Source: Methanobacteriota archaeon (lineage in GTDB: Archaea; Halobacteriota; Methanosarcinia; Methanosarcinales; Methanosarcinaceae). From it: DNA of 24,000 bases. The translations under genes and the position numbers were made by a program. The notes beneath the pieces were generated by a model that did no database searches, was not told where the DNA came from, and saw nothing but the letters and a program-made list of their open reading frames with translations. The stretch lies in assembly GCA_016841625.1 (NCBI GenBank), contig JAENYU010000041.1, forward strand, positions 1 to 24,000. The letters run 5' to 3'. Of the stretch, positions 23,697-24,000 are shown one piece after another; position 1 is the stretch's first letter; the number at the start of each line of letters is the position of its first letter.

Positions 23697-24000
23697 TAAA
23701 CCTTCTCTCAGCGTAGCATCCATTCTAAGGCTTTTTTCGAATTCGGCTTAAAATGATATTAGCCTTTTATTAAAATATATACCAAGTATTCTTTATTGAT
23801 TACTGTATTTTATGGGTTTTAAGCAGGAAATATAACTTAGTTTCTAATTTAAGATTTTCTTAATCTTTTAAAAAGAAGTATGAAGTGTTATAAAGTTTTA
23901 AAAACATTTTTCATACTCTATCACATCACTGTATAAAAAAGCATATTTATATATTCTCTTTGCCAAGGAGGTTTTGATCACGGCTTATCGCCCTGGTCGA

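Noticed and set aside
23945-24000. TATA-like box (atttatatatt), AAGGAGG and TTG at 23974 suggesting a new gene running off the right edge
   Set aside because: Only 9 codons are visible, so a coding call or product cannot be supported.

Overview
The window looks like an archaeal chromosome, most likely Methanosarcinales. Evidence for that is an S-layer DUF1608-type domain ending in a PGF-CTERM archaeosortase signal, TATA-box promoters about 25 nt upstream of start codons, and GGTG/GGAGG ribosome-binding sites. The sequence is a compositional mosaic. Moderately G+C-rich housekeeping-type genes make up the backbone: an APC permease fused to two UspA domains, a YwbE-like small protein, a ClC-family channel, a DUF1254/DUF1214 protein, a circularly permuted GTPase, a 973-aa HEAT-repeat protein and a SAM methyltransferase. 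Two clearly AT-rich accessory islands interrupt this backbone. Island 1 (about 1-4700) holds a relic of a type I R-M hsdS gene and a compact three-gene cassette. Every protein in the cassette carries an ASCH/PUA-like module fused to GNAT acetyltransferase-like and nuclease/effector-like modules: ASCH-HEPN, PIN-GNAT-ASCH, and GNAT-ASCH-MIT_C/PLD-like. This cassette is my top candidate for an undescribed conflict/defence system. Island 2 (about 15800-19440) starts with decayed transposase and wHTH regulator fragments and carries an overlapping RavA-like MoxR AAA+ ATPase and ViaA-like vWA gene pair. Other observations are a rearrangement scar (a 5'-truncated S-layer-domain gene abutting a frameshifted cation/proton antiporter relic), a recurring 'GGAnAAGCCGCTT' hairpin element in four intergenic regions, and several tandem-repeat arrays. 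I found no rRNA, tRNA or CRISPR array. All domain calls come from motif recognition by eye, not from database searches.
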